From Bacteroidales bacterium (GTDB lineage Bacteria > Bacteroidota > Bacteroidia > Bacteroidales > GCA-2748055), in contig JAOZQY010000002.1 of the NCBI GenBank assembly GCA_029931975.1, positions 27,799 to 91,798 of the forward strand: DNA of 64,000 bases, in the 5' to 3' direction. Below the pieces are notes generated by a model. The model was not told where the DNA came from. It saw only the letters and a list, made by a program, of their open reading frames with translations, and did no database searches. A program made the position numbers and the translations under genes. Shown in pieces: positions 1-8,844 of this stretch; within the stretch, counting starts at the first letter, position 1, and each line of letters starts with the position of its first letter.

Positions 1-1
1 C

Positions 2-133
2 CGTTTTATGACCCTGAAAACAGGGGACCTGATTTATACCGGCACACCAGCGGGAGTGGGCCCGGTGGCTATCAACGACCGGCTTGAAGCCTACCTGGAG
101 GGAGAAAAACTGATGGATTTTCCCGTAAAATAA
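2..133 (+). CDS. fumarylacetoacetate hydrolase (FAH) family protein, C-terminal fragment (5' end outside window)
   Basis: Frame open from the window edge: ...MTLKTGDLIYTGTPAGVGPVAINDRLEAYLEGEKLMDFPVK*. The TGTPxGVG C-terminal signature is typical of the FAH fold. The stop overlaps the next start (TAATG). Confidence 0.6.
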   Translation, partial: RFMTLKTGDLIYTGTPAGVGPVAINDRLEAYLEGEKLMDFPVK

Positions 134-834
134 TGTCTGAAGCTACTTACAAGGTTCACCGGATTGGATTGGTGAATGTCTCTGTCTATCTAATCTACAG
201 GCCGGGTGAAGCGATCCTGGTGGACAGTGGAAACAGGGGGTCGGAGGTGAAAATTCTGGAGGCCCTGGAAAAACTTGGACTGGAGCCGAAAATGCTTAAA
301 CTGCTCATCCTTACCCATGCACATTATGATCATGCGGGTTCGGCCAGGAAACTGAAGGAGCTCACAGGATGCAGGATTATGATCCATCGAAGCGAGGCTC
401 ATCGATTCAGAAAGGGGTGGACCCCCATTCCCTCAGGAACCCGCTGGAAGGCAAAACTGATTGTGGCACTTGGCAGAATTGTTGGCCGGAGAATTATGAA
501 GTATCCGGGTACAGAACCAGACCTTGTGGCCGATGAATTATTTAATCTTAAATCCTTTAGTTTCCCCGGACAGGTGATTCACACCCCAGGGCATACCTTC
601 GGATCGATGATTGTTCTTATGGACGGGGGAGAGCTGATTTCGGGTGATACCTTTTTTGGACTGGAAAATAAACTTCACTTCCCGCCCTTTGCCGAGGATC
701 AGAAGGCCTTGCTCAGAAGTTGGGGAGCTATCAGGGAGATGCAGGCAAAAACCATTTACCCGGCTCATGGACGCTATTTTCCATTTGAAAGCTTCCTGGC
801 TGAATATGATTCTGCGCTGGAAAGATATAGTTAG
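133..834 (+). CDS. MBL-fold metallo-hydrolase
   Basis: 233-aa ORF with the HxHxDH motif (LILTHAHYDHAGS) and a downstream HTPGHT motif. Confidence 0.85.
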   Translation: MSEATYKVHRIGLVNVSVYLIYRPGEAILVDSGNRGSEVKILEALEKLGLEPKMLKLLILTHAHYDHAGSARKLKELTGCRIMIHRSEAHRFRKGWTPIPSGTRWKAKLIVALGRIVGRRIMKYPGTEPDLVADELFNLKSFSFPGQVIHTPGHTFGSMIVLMDGGELISGDTFFGLENKLHFPPFAEDQKALLRSWGAIREMQAKTIYPAHGRYFPFESFLAEYDSALERYS

Positions 835-2106
835 TTATTGGAGGAAGTCCTCCAGGGTAGCGTATACCTCCTTCTGCTGCTCTTCAGGCATATTGTTGAT
901 CCGGGTCCGGTGCGATCCTCCCACTTTGATAAATATCTTTGAGTTGCTGTTTCCGGTGGAGCTGACAGCAGTGGCGGACCAGGTATCGTACTCGCCATAG
1001 ATGAAGATATAGTTCTCGGCCTCTTCCTCAATATAATGTTGTATCTCATGGGATAGTTCATCGTTAAATGAGATCTCAACATTCTCAGGAATAGTGAAGG
1101 TGAATACAGGATTGTCCACATGTTTCAGGTATTTTCCGAAAGCATCCAGTTCATAGCCATAGTAACCCATTTCGGTCATGGCCTGGTAGAAAAAGGGTCT
1201 GAATTCAGTTATAAACTGATCCGAAAAGTAGTCGAATCCGGCCACACGGTTCATATGTTCAACCACGTCCTCAGGCCTGGTGGCCTTTCCTGGAATCTTC
1301 TTTGCCGGAACATAACCCCATTGCCAGAATGCAAATGAGTACTCCAGCACACAATACTCAAAAGCCTTTTCCGGTCCGCCGGCAAGTTCGTAGGTATAGC
1401 CCTTATTCTCCGACAGGTTCAGGAAAGCATCCTGGTACTTTTCCTGGTGTTTCAGGGCCATAAGCTGAAACTTCTCCACCTTTCTGCGTTCCCTGGGACT
1501 ACCCACATTGTCCAGAAAGGTATAGATGCGTTCATCCTCCAGCCCGAAATTCAGCGGAGCCACATAGGGGACCCTGACATCCACATCTGCGGGATAGTAG
1601 TAGCTGTGATAGATGACTGTTTGTCCCCCTTTACTGATCCCCGTTGAGATCCATTGTTCGGGATAGAACTCTTTAAACATAGTAACAATCCTGTGGTGAT
1701 CCGATGCGGCCTGCCAGGTATCCAGGTAGTTCCAGTTCAGACTGTCGGGAACGCTTCTGCCAAAGAAGCGGTGCTCCACCATCACCTGATTGCACTGAAG
1801 CTTAGCGGTGATTTCGGAGGTATAATAGTATTTTGCATCATAGCCTGCAGTAATCAAAACCACAGGTAAGGAAGGATCCACATGAGAAATATAAAGCCGT
1901 TGTGAGAATGTTTCTCCGTCTGGATTACGGTGATCAATGGGTTGCTCGATCATTACCTCAAGGATACGTTCAAAGGTGGATTCATTTTGAACGGACCTTA
2001 TCTCTTTCACCTCTTTCCTTGATAAGAATTCATCCAGGCTAACAACAGCGAGTGCCTGAAACACACCTAAGGTCAGCAGGACCACTGAAATAAATATCTT
2101 CTTCAT
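835..2106 (-). CDS. secreted alpha/beta-hydrolase serine peptidase (S28/S37-like)
   Basis: 423-aa ORF with an N-terminal signal peptide (MKKIFISVVLLTLGVFQALA) and a GxSxGG nucleophile elbow (TGISKGGQ). The family assignment is from memory of S28/S37 layout. Confidence 0.6.
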   Translation of the reverse strand: MKKIFISVVLLTLGVFQALAVVSLDEFLSRKEVKEIRSVQNESTFERILEVMIEQPIDHRNPDGETFSQRLYISHVDPSLPVVLITAGYDAKYYYTSEITAKLQCNQVMVEHRFFGRSVPDSLNWNYLDTWQAASDHHRIVTMFKEFYPEQWISTGISKGGQTVIYHSYYYPADVDVRVPYVAPLNFGLEDERIYTFLDNVGSPRERRKVEKFQLMALKHQEKYQDAFLNLSENKGYTYELAGGPEKAFEYCVLEYSFAFWQWGYVPAKKIPGKATRPEDVVEHMNRVAGFDYFSDQFITEFRPFFYQAMTEMGYYGYELDAFGKYLKHVDNPVFTFTIPENVEISFNDELSHEIQHYIEEEAENYIFIYGEYDTWSATAVSSTGNSNSKIFIKVGGSHRTRINNMPEEQQKEVYATLEDFLQ

Positions 2107-2140
2107 TTGCAGATTAAAAAACGCTGTAATTTTAATGTTG

Positions 2141-2148
2141 CAAAAGTA
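2141..2148 (-). promoter_or_regulatory. Bacteroidota-type -7 promoter box (TAnnTTTG)
   Basis: The minus strand reads TACTTTTG, 35 nt upstream of the ATG at 2106. Confidence 0.4.
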
Positions 2149-2164
2149 GTTAAAAATTTATAAA

Positions 2165-2886
2165 TCAGCGATTCAGCCTGTATATCGGATAGCGCATATA
2201 GCTGGCTTCCGACCAGGGGGATCTTTCGTAGATAAATCTCAGCTGAGCATAGCTGTTAATCAGGGTAATGGTATAGGGATAGTCTGCAGCGTTGGAGGTA
2301 TGGGTATCCACAAGAATATCCGGTTCCCATTGTCTTAGCAGGGCAACCAGTGATTGGGTGTTTTTTGAATCCAGTTTAATAAAATCCCTGTTCAGGTCCA
2401 GGTTTCGCGCATTGCCCCTGAATCCATATTCCACAGGTCCGTTCTGGTTGGCCCGGTGGAAGGACCCGCGCATGAGGGCGCCACCCACATTAAATATCGG
2501 AACAATGGCAATCACAGTGTTGTCCAGGTAAGCTGAACAGCTGTCTTCTCCTGATAATAGATCGTTGGCCAGTTTCGGGCTTGCATCCACACCACATGGT
2601 TCTCCCGGGTGAATCCCGTTGTTAATAAACAGGATATTTTTACCCGATTCCCGAATCTGTTCTGGTGAGAGATGACGCCCACGGTCGATCACAAAAAGGT
2701 GAAGCGGCCTGCCTGCGTCGGTCGGACCTACCTCCAACAAGCGGGCATCCTCATACTGCTCATCCAGCCACTGATACATATTAATGGCCTCCTGCCAGGT
2801 GACGTTTCATTGTTCTGGTAGTTCAGTTTCACCTGTGCTTCAAGGGCTGCAGTGCAGCAAACAGCAAGTAGAAATCCTGCTGCCAT
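2165..2886 (-). pseudogene. M14 zinc carboxypeptidase, frameshifted
   Basis: The catalytic ORF 2165-2779 carries the HxxE zinc motif (NNGIHPGEPCG) and DTHTSNAADYPY. Its natural N-terminus, a signal peptide (MAAGFLLAVCCTAALEAQVKLNYQNNE), lies in another frame (ORF 2728-2952). The frames swap near 2800-2810 next to an AAA/TTT run. Confidence 0.55.
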
Positions 2887-2902
2887 ATTTTGAAGAAGAG
2901 AC

Positions 2903-3733
2903 TTATAATCGTGCCTGAGCCAGTTCATAATCCAATTTTTTAAAATAGTCACTTACTATGCTGTCTTCCTGTTCCCGGGACGACTGATCCGCGTGCCCTG
3001 TGCGAATATAGTTAATCACCCCCAGGTGTCCGGAAAAAATCGTTTTCGCATCTGAAGTCACAGCTATCTGGCGCCTGTATTGTTCAAAAAAGAGGCAAAG
3101 CTCTTCATACTCCCTGCGGTACTTCTCAATGATGGAAGGACAAAGTTTACAGCCGGCGGAAAGATTCTTAAAGCGGGTGGCAGCATTCACAAGAATCCGC
3201 TCTCCCAGCTCTTCCAGGGGGATGCCCCGTTGGAGATAGATCTCAGCATAGCGGTAGATACCAATGGTGCCCAGGGCTTCCAGGTCATCTGCCACGGAAA
3301 GGATCCCAAGGATTTCAGGAGGGTTTTCCCGGCTGAATGAGGCATAGATCTGCAGGTTTTTCTGGTCATGTAGTTCAATGGCTCTTAGTATCTCCTGGAA
3401 ACGTTCGGGCAGATTTTTATTCCATTTACTGAACCAGGTATGGCACAGATCGCTACCCAGCTTCCCATGATCTTCACGGCTTGAATAAACCATTCCCAGA
3501 TCGTGAAAAAATGTGGCAATAAGCACTCCCTCCACCAGAGGGTAGCTGCAATCGGGGTTAAAGGTGGAAAGCTCCCTGAGTATTGTTTTACCGAGATTCC
3601 ACACTCGCATATGATGGCTATGATCGTGGGAGGGAAGGGTGCTGTTTTGAAAAAGTTGAGCCGCATTGGAGTACAGTATATCCAACCAGGCTGTTTCGGC
3701 CCGGTCGATCCATATTTCAATTTCAGCATTCAC
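2903..3733 (-). CDS. HD domain-containing phosphohydrolase
   Basis: 276-aa ORF with HDHSHHMRVW and FFHDLGM motifs. It apparently uses a GTG start. Confidence 0.75.
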   Translation of the reverse strand: MNAEIEIWIDRAETAWLDILYSNAAQLFQNSTLPSHDHSHHMRVWNLGKTILRELSTFNPDCSYPLVEGVLIATFFHDLGMVYSSREDHGKLGSDLCHTWFSKWNKNLPERFQEILRAIELHDQKNLQIYASFSRENPPEILGILSVADDLEALGTIGIYRYAEIYLQRGIPLEELGERILVNAATRFKNLSAGCKLCPSIIEKYRREYEELCLFFEQYRRQIAVTSDAKTIFSGHLGVINYIRTGHADQSSREQEDSIVSDYFKKLDYELAQARL

Positions 3734-3739
3734 CCTGTA

Positions 3740-5170
3740 TCAGGACACACGGGTTAGTTTTAACATGTTGGTTTTCCCTCTCTCCATGATTGGGATACTG
3801 CCCACATGCACCACCAGGTCTCCCTTCTTCAACAGGTTCAGGCTCACCAGGAATTCTTCAGTATAGATAACATAGTCGTTAATATTCTGACACTCGCCAA
3901 AGAAATAGGTACGCACACCCCATACCAGGGAGAGGTCGTTTATCAGATCCTCGTTCATGGTAAAAGTAAAAATGGGGGCCTTGGGCCGGTGTGAACTCAT
4001 TCTAATGGCAGTAAACCCGGAGTGGGTCAGAGTGATGATGGCTGCAGCATTGACCTGTTCGGCTAGTTTAACCGCATTCAGGCAAATGGCATCAGCCAGG
4101 TAGTTTTTTGCTCCCGGTGCAGACTGATGCTCCTTGTAATAGATATACTCTTGAGTCTCGGTCGAGTCGATAATCTGTTGCATATTCCGGATGGTCTCCA
4201 CTGGATATTTCCCTACAGAGGTCTCACCACTCAGCATTACCGAGTCGGTTCCGTCCAGTACTGCATTGGCCACATCATTGGCTTCAGCCCTGGTGGGAGT
4301 GGGATTGGTAATCATACTTTCCATCATTTGCGTGGCCACAATCACCGGCTTTGATTTCCGAAGGCACCTTTTAATAATATCTTTTTGTATCAGTGGTACC
4401 TTATGAAAGTCAACTTCAACCCCCAGGTCGCCCCGGGCTACCATCACAGCATCCGATGCGGATATAATTTCATCAATCTCTTCCAGTGCTTCCGGTTTTT
4501 CAATTTTTGCAATAACTCTGGCTTCGCTGGGATGAGCGTCAATGATTTTCCTCAGATCCAGGATATCTTTTTCTTTTCTTACAAATGAAAGGGCGATCCA
4601 GTCCACCTGGTGGTCCAGCACGAACTTTGCATCTTTGATGTCTTTTTCGGTCAGACTGGGCTGTGAGATTTTTGTGTGTGGCAGGTTCACTCCTTTCTTG
4701 CTGGAAAGCGGGCCGCCGGCAATGACCTTTGTTTTAACCGTGTCGGTTCCGTTGGTGCCGGTCACTTCAAAGATCAGCTTGCCATCGTCCACCAGGATTC
4801 TTTCACCCATACTAACGTCGGCCGGAAGCCTGTTATAACTGAGATAGGCTTTTTCTGAGGTGCCGGTACAAGGCCTGGTCACAAAAGAGAACTCCTGTCC
4901 GTCTTCCAGTTGTACCTTGTCGTTCTTCATCATTCCTATGCGTAACTTTGGTCCCTGGAGATCGCCCAGGATGGCCACATGTGATCCCAGCTCTTCGTTG
5001 AGCTCCTTAATATAGGTGATAGTTTTTAAATGCTCTTCATGCGTATCGTGCGAACAGTTGATCCGAAAGACATCCACACCTTCGTTTATCATCTTTTCCA
5101 GGATCTCTTTGTTTCGGGTAACGGGTCCGATTGTAGCTATAATTTTTGTGTGTGATCTTTCTTGTCGCAT
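3740..5170 (-). CDS. pyk: pyruvate kinase
   Basis: 476-aa ORF with HTKIIATIGP, GPKLRIG and MVARGDLGVEV motifs and a full-length PK layout. Confidence 0.95.
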   Translation of the reverse strand: MRQERSHTKIIATIGPVTRNKEILEKMINEGVDVFRINCSHDTHEEHLKTITYIKELNEELGSHVAILGDLQGPKLRIGMMKNDKVQLEDGQEFSFVTRPCTGTSEKAYLSYNRLPADVSMGERILVDDGKLIFEVTGTNGTDTVKTKVIAGGPLSSKKGVNLPHTKISQPSLTEKDIKDAKFVLDHQVDWIALSFVRKEKDILDLRKIIDAHPSEARVIAKIEKPEALEEIDEIISASDAVMVARGDLGVEVDFHKVPLIQKDIIKRCLRKSKPVIVATQMMESMITNPTPTRAEANDVANAVLDGTDSVMLSGETSVGKYPVETIRNMQQIIDSTETQEYIYYKEHQSAPGAKNYLADAICLNAVKLAEQVNAAAIITLTHSGFTAIRMSSHRPKAPIFTFTMNEDLINDLSLVWGVRTYFFGECQNINDYVIYTEEFLVSLNLLKKGDLVVHVGSIPIMERGKTNMLKLTRVS

Positions 5171-5192
5171 CTTTCTTTAAATTTTATGGTAG

Positions 5193-5200
5193 CAAAGGTA
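5193..5200 (-). promoter_or_regulatory. Bacteroidota-type -7 promoter box (TAnnTTTG)
   Basis: The minus strand reads TACCTTTG, 23 nt upstream of the pyk ATG (5170). Confidence 0.4.
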
Positions 5201-5315
5201 TTCTTAATGGAATGATTCCGAAAATTATCGTGCTTGTTTTACGATTTTTTAAATACTTAAGGTTTACTGAAACAATACAGGTTTATTTGGTTACCTCTAA
5301 TATTTCTGACAAAAA

Positions 5316-5930
5316 ATGAAGTTTAAAATGAAATACTCAAGACTGATGATTGCCGCAATGGTATTCTCACTGGCAGGTCTGCTAACGGGATGTTACTCCG
5401 ATAAGGTCGACAATGTGGATGAGTATGACCTTGCCGGCACCATGTATGATGAAGACACTGATTTTTCAGCTTATCTTACCTTTCACGTTCTGGATACTGT
5501 GATGCATATTACCGAAGACAGAGAGGATGATCCCAACCTGAACAGGGATCATGATGAGTATATCCTGGGGGAGATCAGGTAGAATATGCTGGATATGGGT
5601 TATACCGAACTGGTGAATCCCGATTCACTGAATATGGCCGATCTGGAGCTCCTTGTGCAGGTGATGACCACTGATTTTTATACCTACTACACCTACTGGT
5701 ATGATTACTGGGGCTGGTATGGTGGTTGGAATTGGTATTATCCGGGCTACCCCTGGTACCCGAGCTACCCCTGGTGTCCAGGAGGCGGGTATTATAATTC
5801 ATACAGCACAGGAACCCTGATAATTGAGATGCTTGATACAGATATGCCTGTTGTAGAGGGTGCACGTCCGGGAGTTGTCTGGAGTGGGTATGGGTTTCTC
5901 CTGGAGTACTTTTGTGGAGAAGGAGTCTGA
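5316..5930 (+). pseudogene. DUF4136-like lipoprotein interrupted by an in-frame TAG
   Basis: ORFs 5316-5582 and 5586-5930 are in the same frame, separated only by TAG (5580-5582) and one codon. The N-terminal part has a lipobox (LAGLLTGC). The join (..YILGEIR*NMLDMGYTELV..ADLELLVQV) reads as one continuous domain. Confidence 0.6.
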
Positions 5931-5992
5931 CAGTGATTATCAGGGGGGAAATATTCTACTGCATGGTACCCAGATCAGGTAGAACCCTAAGT

Positions 5993-6826
5993 TTAAAGAG
6001 CTATCACACCACAAGAAGCAGTATCAGTACCCGAAACCGTTACGCTTACTGAGCTGGTTTCACCATCAGATGTAGTAACTACAACTGTATAATCTCCTGC
6101 AGCTATTCCAACAAAAGTAAATGCACCATCAGATTCACTATGGGTATGAATTGTTTCTCCATCTACTTCGATAGCTATTCTCGCGTATTGTTGATAATCA
6201 CCATCAACAGTAACAGCCCCTGTAATTTCACCTGTTCTGTCGTAATCACATACTCTAACCACAGGTGTAAACCCACATGAGTGTATCGAGCTTATTCCTC
6301 CTAGAATCCAATCTGACAAAAGTAATCCTCCCATTCCTAAAAAGCTAAAAGATGAGGCTAAATCTACATCTAAAAGAACTTCTGAAGCTTCTCCTTCTTC
6401 GACAATAAGTGCAGGAACAATAGCGATATCCCTTATAACATGTGCGTCAACAGATGCTGTATGAGATGTTCCATCAGAATAAGTCACAGAAGCTTCTCCT
6501 ACAGTAACCCTACAATGTGTATAGGTTCCTGCTTCAATTGTTGAGACTTCAACTTCAGCTGTTACACCATTGGTTAAATCAACTAAATTATAAGAAGCAG
6601 ATCCTTCATAGAGCACAACATAGTCACTTGTTGCTGTTTTTACTTCTACTTTTGTTACACCTACGTTAGCTTCTGTAACAAAACTAAAGGGAAATGGTCC
6701 ATCAGTAATTGATGTTTTAACTTCTCCTTGTCCTTCCGGAATACCGCTGTCATCATCTTTTTCACAGGATACAAATGCAGTTACCAACATTGTCAATATG
6801 ATAATTTTTTTAAATATGTTTTTCAT
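5993..6826 (-). CDS. DUF4382 domain lipoprotein with C-terminal carboxypeptidase-regulatory-like domain
   Basis: 277-aa ORF with a lipobox (LVTAFVSC). It shows the DUF4382-like pattern (ITDGP...NLVDLTNG...IEAGTYT...LLDVDLASSF) and a Thr/Ser/Val-rich beta C-terminus. Confidence 0.7.
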   Translation of the reverse strand: MKNIFKKIIILTMLVTAFVSCEKDDDSGIPEGQGEVKTSITDGPFPFSFVTEANVGVTKVEVKTATSDYVVLYEGSASYNLVDLTNGVTAEVEVSTIEAGTYTHCRVTVGEASVTYSDGTSHTASVDAHVIRDIAIVPALIVEEGEASEVLLDVDLASSFSFLGMGGLLLSDWILGGISSIHSCGFTPVVRVCDYDRTGEITGAVTVDGDYQQYARIAIEVDGETIHTHSESDGAFTFVGIAAGDYTVVVTTSDGETSSVSVTVSGTDTASCGVIAL

Positions 6827-7024
6827 GATAAATGGTTTTACATTAATGAGTAAAACAGATAATGAATCTTACTGCTGTCCGGTTAGGATTTTATAAAAGA
6901 TATATAATACAGTAATACACTGCATGATACATCGGTCAGAAAATTCTACGATTTGAAATCATAATTTCGCTCTTTCTGTTTATTTGAGCGAAAACGCATA
7001 TAAGAAAACTAACTATTTTTTAAT

Positions 7025-7564
7025 CTAATTCGCTGCTCCAAGAAGAATTTCATCGATCATCTTTTTAAACATTTCCTTGGTTGCTTCAGGAGTTTGTGCA
7101 ATACCGTTGCTCATGGTGGGTTTCCCCTTCTGAGGAACAAAAAGAAAGGCTGGAATGCTCTGAATCCCAAAAACTGATGCCAGTTCCTGTTCTTTCTGGG
7201 TATCTATTTTATAGAAATGTATCTTTCCTTCGTACTCTTTGGCAAGTTCTTCAAGAACAGGTGCTGCCTGGCGGCACGGGCCACACCAGTCTGCGTAAAA
7301 ATCGATCAGAGCAGGCAGATCACCTTCATAAACCCATTCGGTCTGGTTCTTTTCATAATTCATTACCTTCTCGAGAAAATCCTGCTTGGTTAGCAGAACC
7401 GGCTTTCCGGATCCCCTGGGCTGGTCATTTTCGGCCTTCACAACAACTGCTGTATTTACAGATGGTGAATCCTGTCCGGGATTATCCAGTGAACTGGCTG
7501 AACCATTGGTGCAGGAGAGGGTTAGAAAAGCTGCTGCTGTTATGCTAATAAATACCTTTTTCAT
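7025..7564 (-). CDS. thioredoxin-family lipoprotein
   Basis: 179-aa ORF with a lipobox (FLTLSC) and the WCGPC active site. Confidence 0.85.
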   Translation of the reverse strand: MKKVFISITAAAFLTLSCTNGSASSLDNPGQDSPSVNTAVVVKAENDQPRGSGKPVLLTKQDFLEKVMNYEKNQTEWVYEGDLPALIDFYADWCGPCRQAAPVLEELAKEYEGKIHFYKIDTQKEQELASVFGIQSIPAFLFVPQKGKPTMSNGIAQTPEATKEMFKKMIDEILLGAAN

Positions 7565-7603
7565 GATATATCTTGTTTTCTGGTTAAAGAACCAGGATGA
7601 ACA

Positions 7604-7966
7604 CTATTCACTTACACTTAGAACCTCTGTGATGGCCTGCTTGAATGTCTCCTTGGGCAGGGATCCCATGGCCATTTGAGGCTGACCCTCCTTGGGTACG
7701 AAAAGCAGGGAGGGGATGCTCTGTATTCCAAATACTGAGGCGAGTTCGCGCTGCTCTTCGGTATTGACTTTGTAAATATTGATTTTATCGCCATACTCTT
7801 CCTGCAGTTCTTCAAGGATGGGGGCGACCACCTTACATGGTGCACACCAGTCGGCATAAAAGTCTATAATGGCAGGAGTATCTCCTTCGAATTTCCAATC
7901 TTTGCTGGCTTCGTAGTTAAATATTTTCGTTTTAAAAGTCTCGTTTGTTAAATGTTCCAGTTTCAT
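7604..7966 (-). CDS. thioredoxin
   Basis: 120-aa ORF with the WCAPC active site. It is a paralogue of the C-terminal half of the upstream gene. Confidence 0.85.
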   Translation of the reverse strand: MKLEHLTNETFKTKIFNYEASKDWKFEGDTPAIIDFYADWCAPCKVVAPILEELQEEYGDKINIYKVNTEEQRELASVFGIQSIPSLLFVPKEGQPQMAMGSLPKETFKQAITEVLSVSE

Positions 7967-7995
7967 TTCGTACGTTTTAATTTTTATTTCTGTCG

Positions 7996-8003
7996 CAAAA
8001 GTA
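7996..8003 (-). promoter_or_regulatory. Bacteroidota-type -7 promoter box (TAnnTTTG)
   Basis: The minus strand reads TACTTTTG, 30 nt upstream of the thioredoxin ATG (7966). Confidence 0.4.
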
Positions 8004-8041
8004 GAGGGAAACTTACACTCCTACTGTAACATTAGTCACAC

Positions 8042-8710
8042 TCACTCATTTCCAGTAAACGACATGGTATGATTCAAGTAGCCGACCAATGGGAATAGAC
8101 CTTTGAAATCGGCCACGACACTTTCGCTGAAATTACTTTTTCCAAGGGCTGAATCGCTGTAGTGCCTGGACCAGATATAGTGTTTGTATTTCAGCTCTTC
8201 CAGATGGATATAATCTTTTGGAAAACCGGCAGGGCCTTTTTTCAACATGTCCTCTTTTCCACCACGCTCGTATTGCTTACTAATCTCTGGTGTATGGATC
8301 AGTTCCAGATAAGGCTCAGGATTGAACAAGATCTCCTGCCTGATCAGTTTGAGTTGTTCCCCGGGGGGCATCCAGACTCCTGCAGCCATAAAACTCTTTC
8401 CAGGCTCCAGGTGAAAATAATAGCCGGCATCGCTCGACTTTCGCCCCCCTTTGGCCATCCAGCAACCGAAATGTGTTTTATATGGCAGTTTGTCTTTGGA
8501 AAAGCGGACATCCTTATAGATTCTGAAGATGGTATCTTTTGCCTCCAGGTTTCCCACTGAGAGATCGAATTTGGAAATCCCATTCAATAGTTCGCCGGCA
8601 AAACCACGGAAAATATCCAATGATTCCCTGTACCGTTCTTTGTTGCCTTTGAACCAATTGCGGTTGTTATTTTCAGTGAGTTCTTTGATAAAGTCAAGTA
8701 CGCTAAGCAT
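8042..8710 (-). CDS. DUF2461 (TIGR02453-like) family protein
   Basis: Pattern FLxELxxNNNRxWF...IFRIYKDVRFSKDKxPYKTHF. I place the start at the ATG at 8710, because the longer track ORF begins with TTG. Confidence 0.8.
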   Translation of the reverse strand: MLSVLDFIKELTENNNRNWFKGNKERYRESLDIFRGFAGELLNGISKFDLSVGNLEAKDTIFRIYKDVRFSKDKLPYKTHFGCWMAKGGRKSSDAGYYFHLEPGKSFMAAGVWMPPGEQLKLIRQEILFNPEPYLELIHTPEISKQYERGGKEDMLKKGPAGFPKDYIHLEELKYKHYIWSRHYSDSALGKSNFSESVVADFKGLFPLVGYLNHTMSFTGNE

Positions 8711-8844
8711 GGTAATGAAGTTTATTTGTAAAAACATCGCACTGAGGAGAAAGTTCAAAGAGTCTGGACTTCTATCCCATGCCTTTAATCAGTTTTATTA
8801 TCTTTAGAATAGATAGTATTTATAATTACATAATAGCAGACCAT

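Noticed and set aside
5580-5582. TAG in the DUF4136-like gene as evidence of amber recoding (pyrrolysine or a reassigned stop)
   Set aside because: TAG terminates many well-supported genes in this window at homology-consistent ends, for example at 834, 28348, 42826, 50774, 55952, 57825, 60167 and 62876. No pyl genes are seen. A nonsense mutation or sequencing error is far more likely.
5993-6826. Lower GC of the DUF4382 gene as a sign of horizontal transfer
   Set aside because: The composition dip is only judged by eye. It can be explained by the Thr/Ser/Val/Ile-rich beta protein. There are no flanking mobility genes or repeats.
6965-6993. Hairpin TTTCGCTC-n13-GAGCGAAA downstream of the thioredoxin lipoprotein gene, as a possible terminator
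   Set aside because: The stem is only 8 bp with three A-T pairs, the loop is 13 nt, and the T-tract is weak. This is not enough to annotate.
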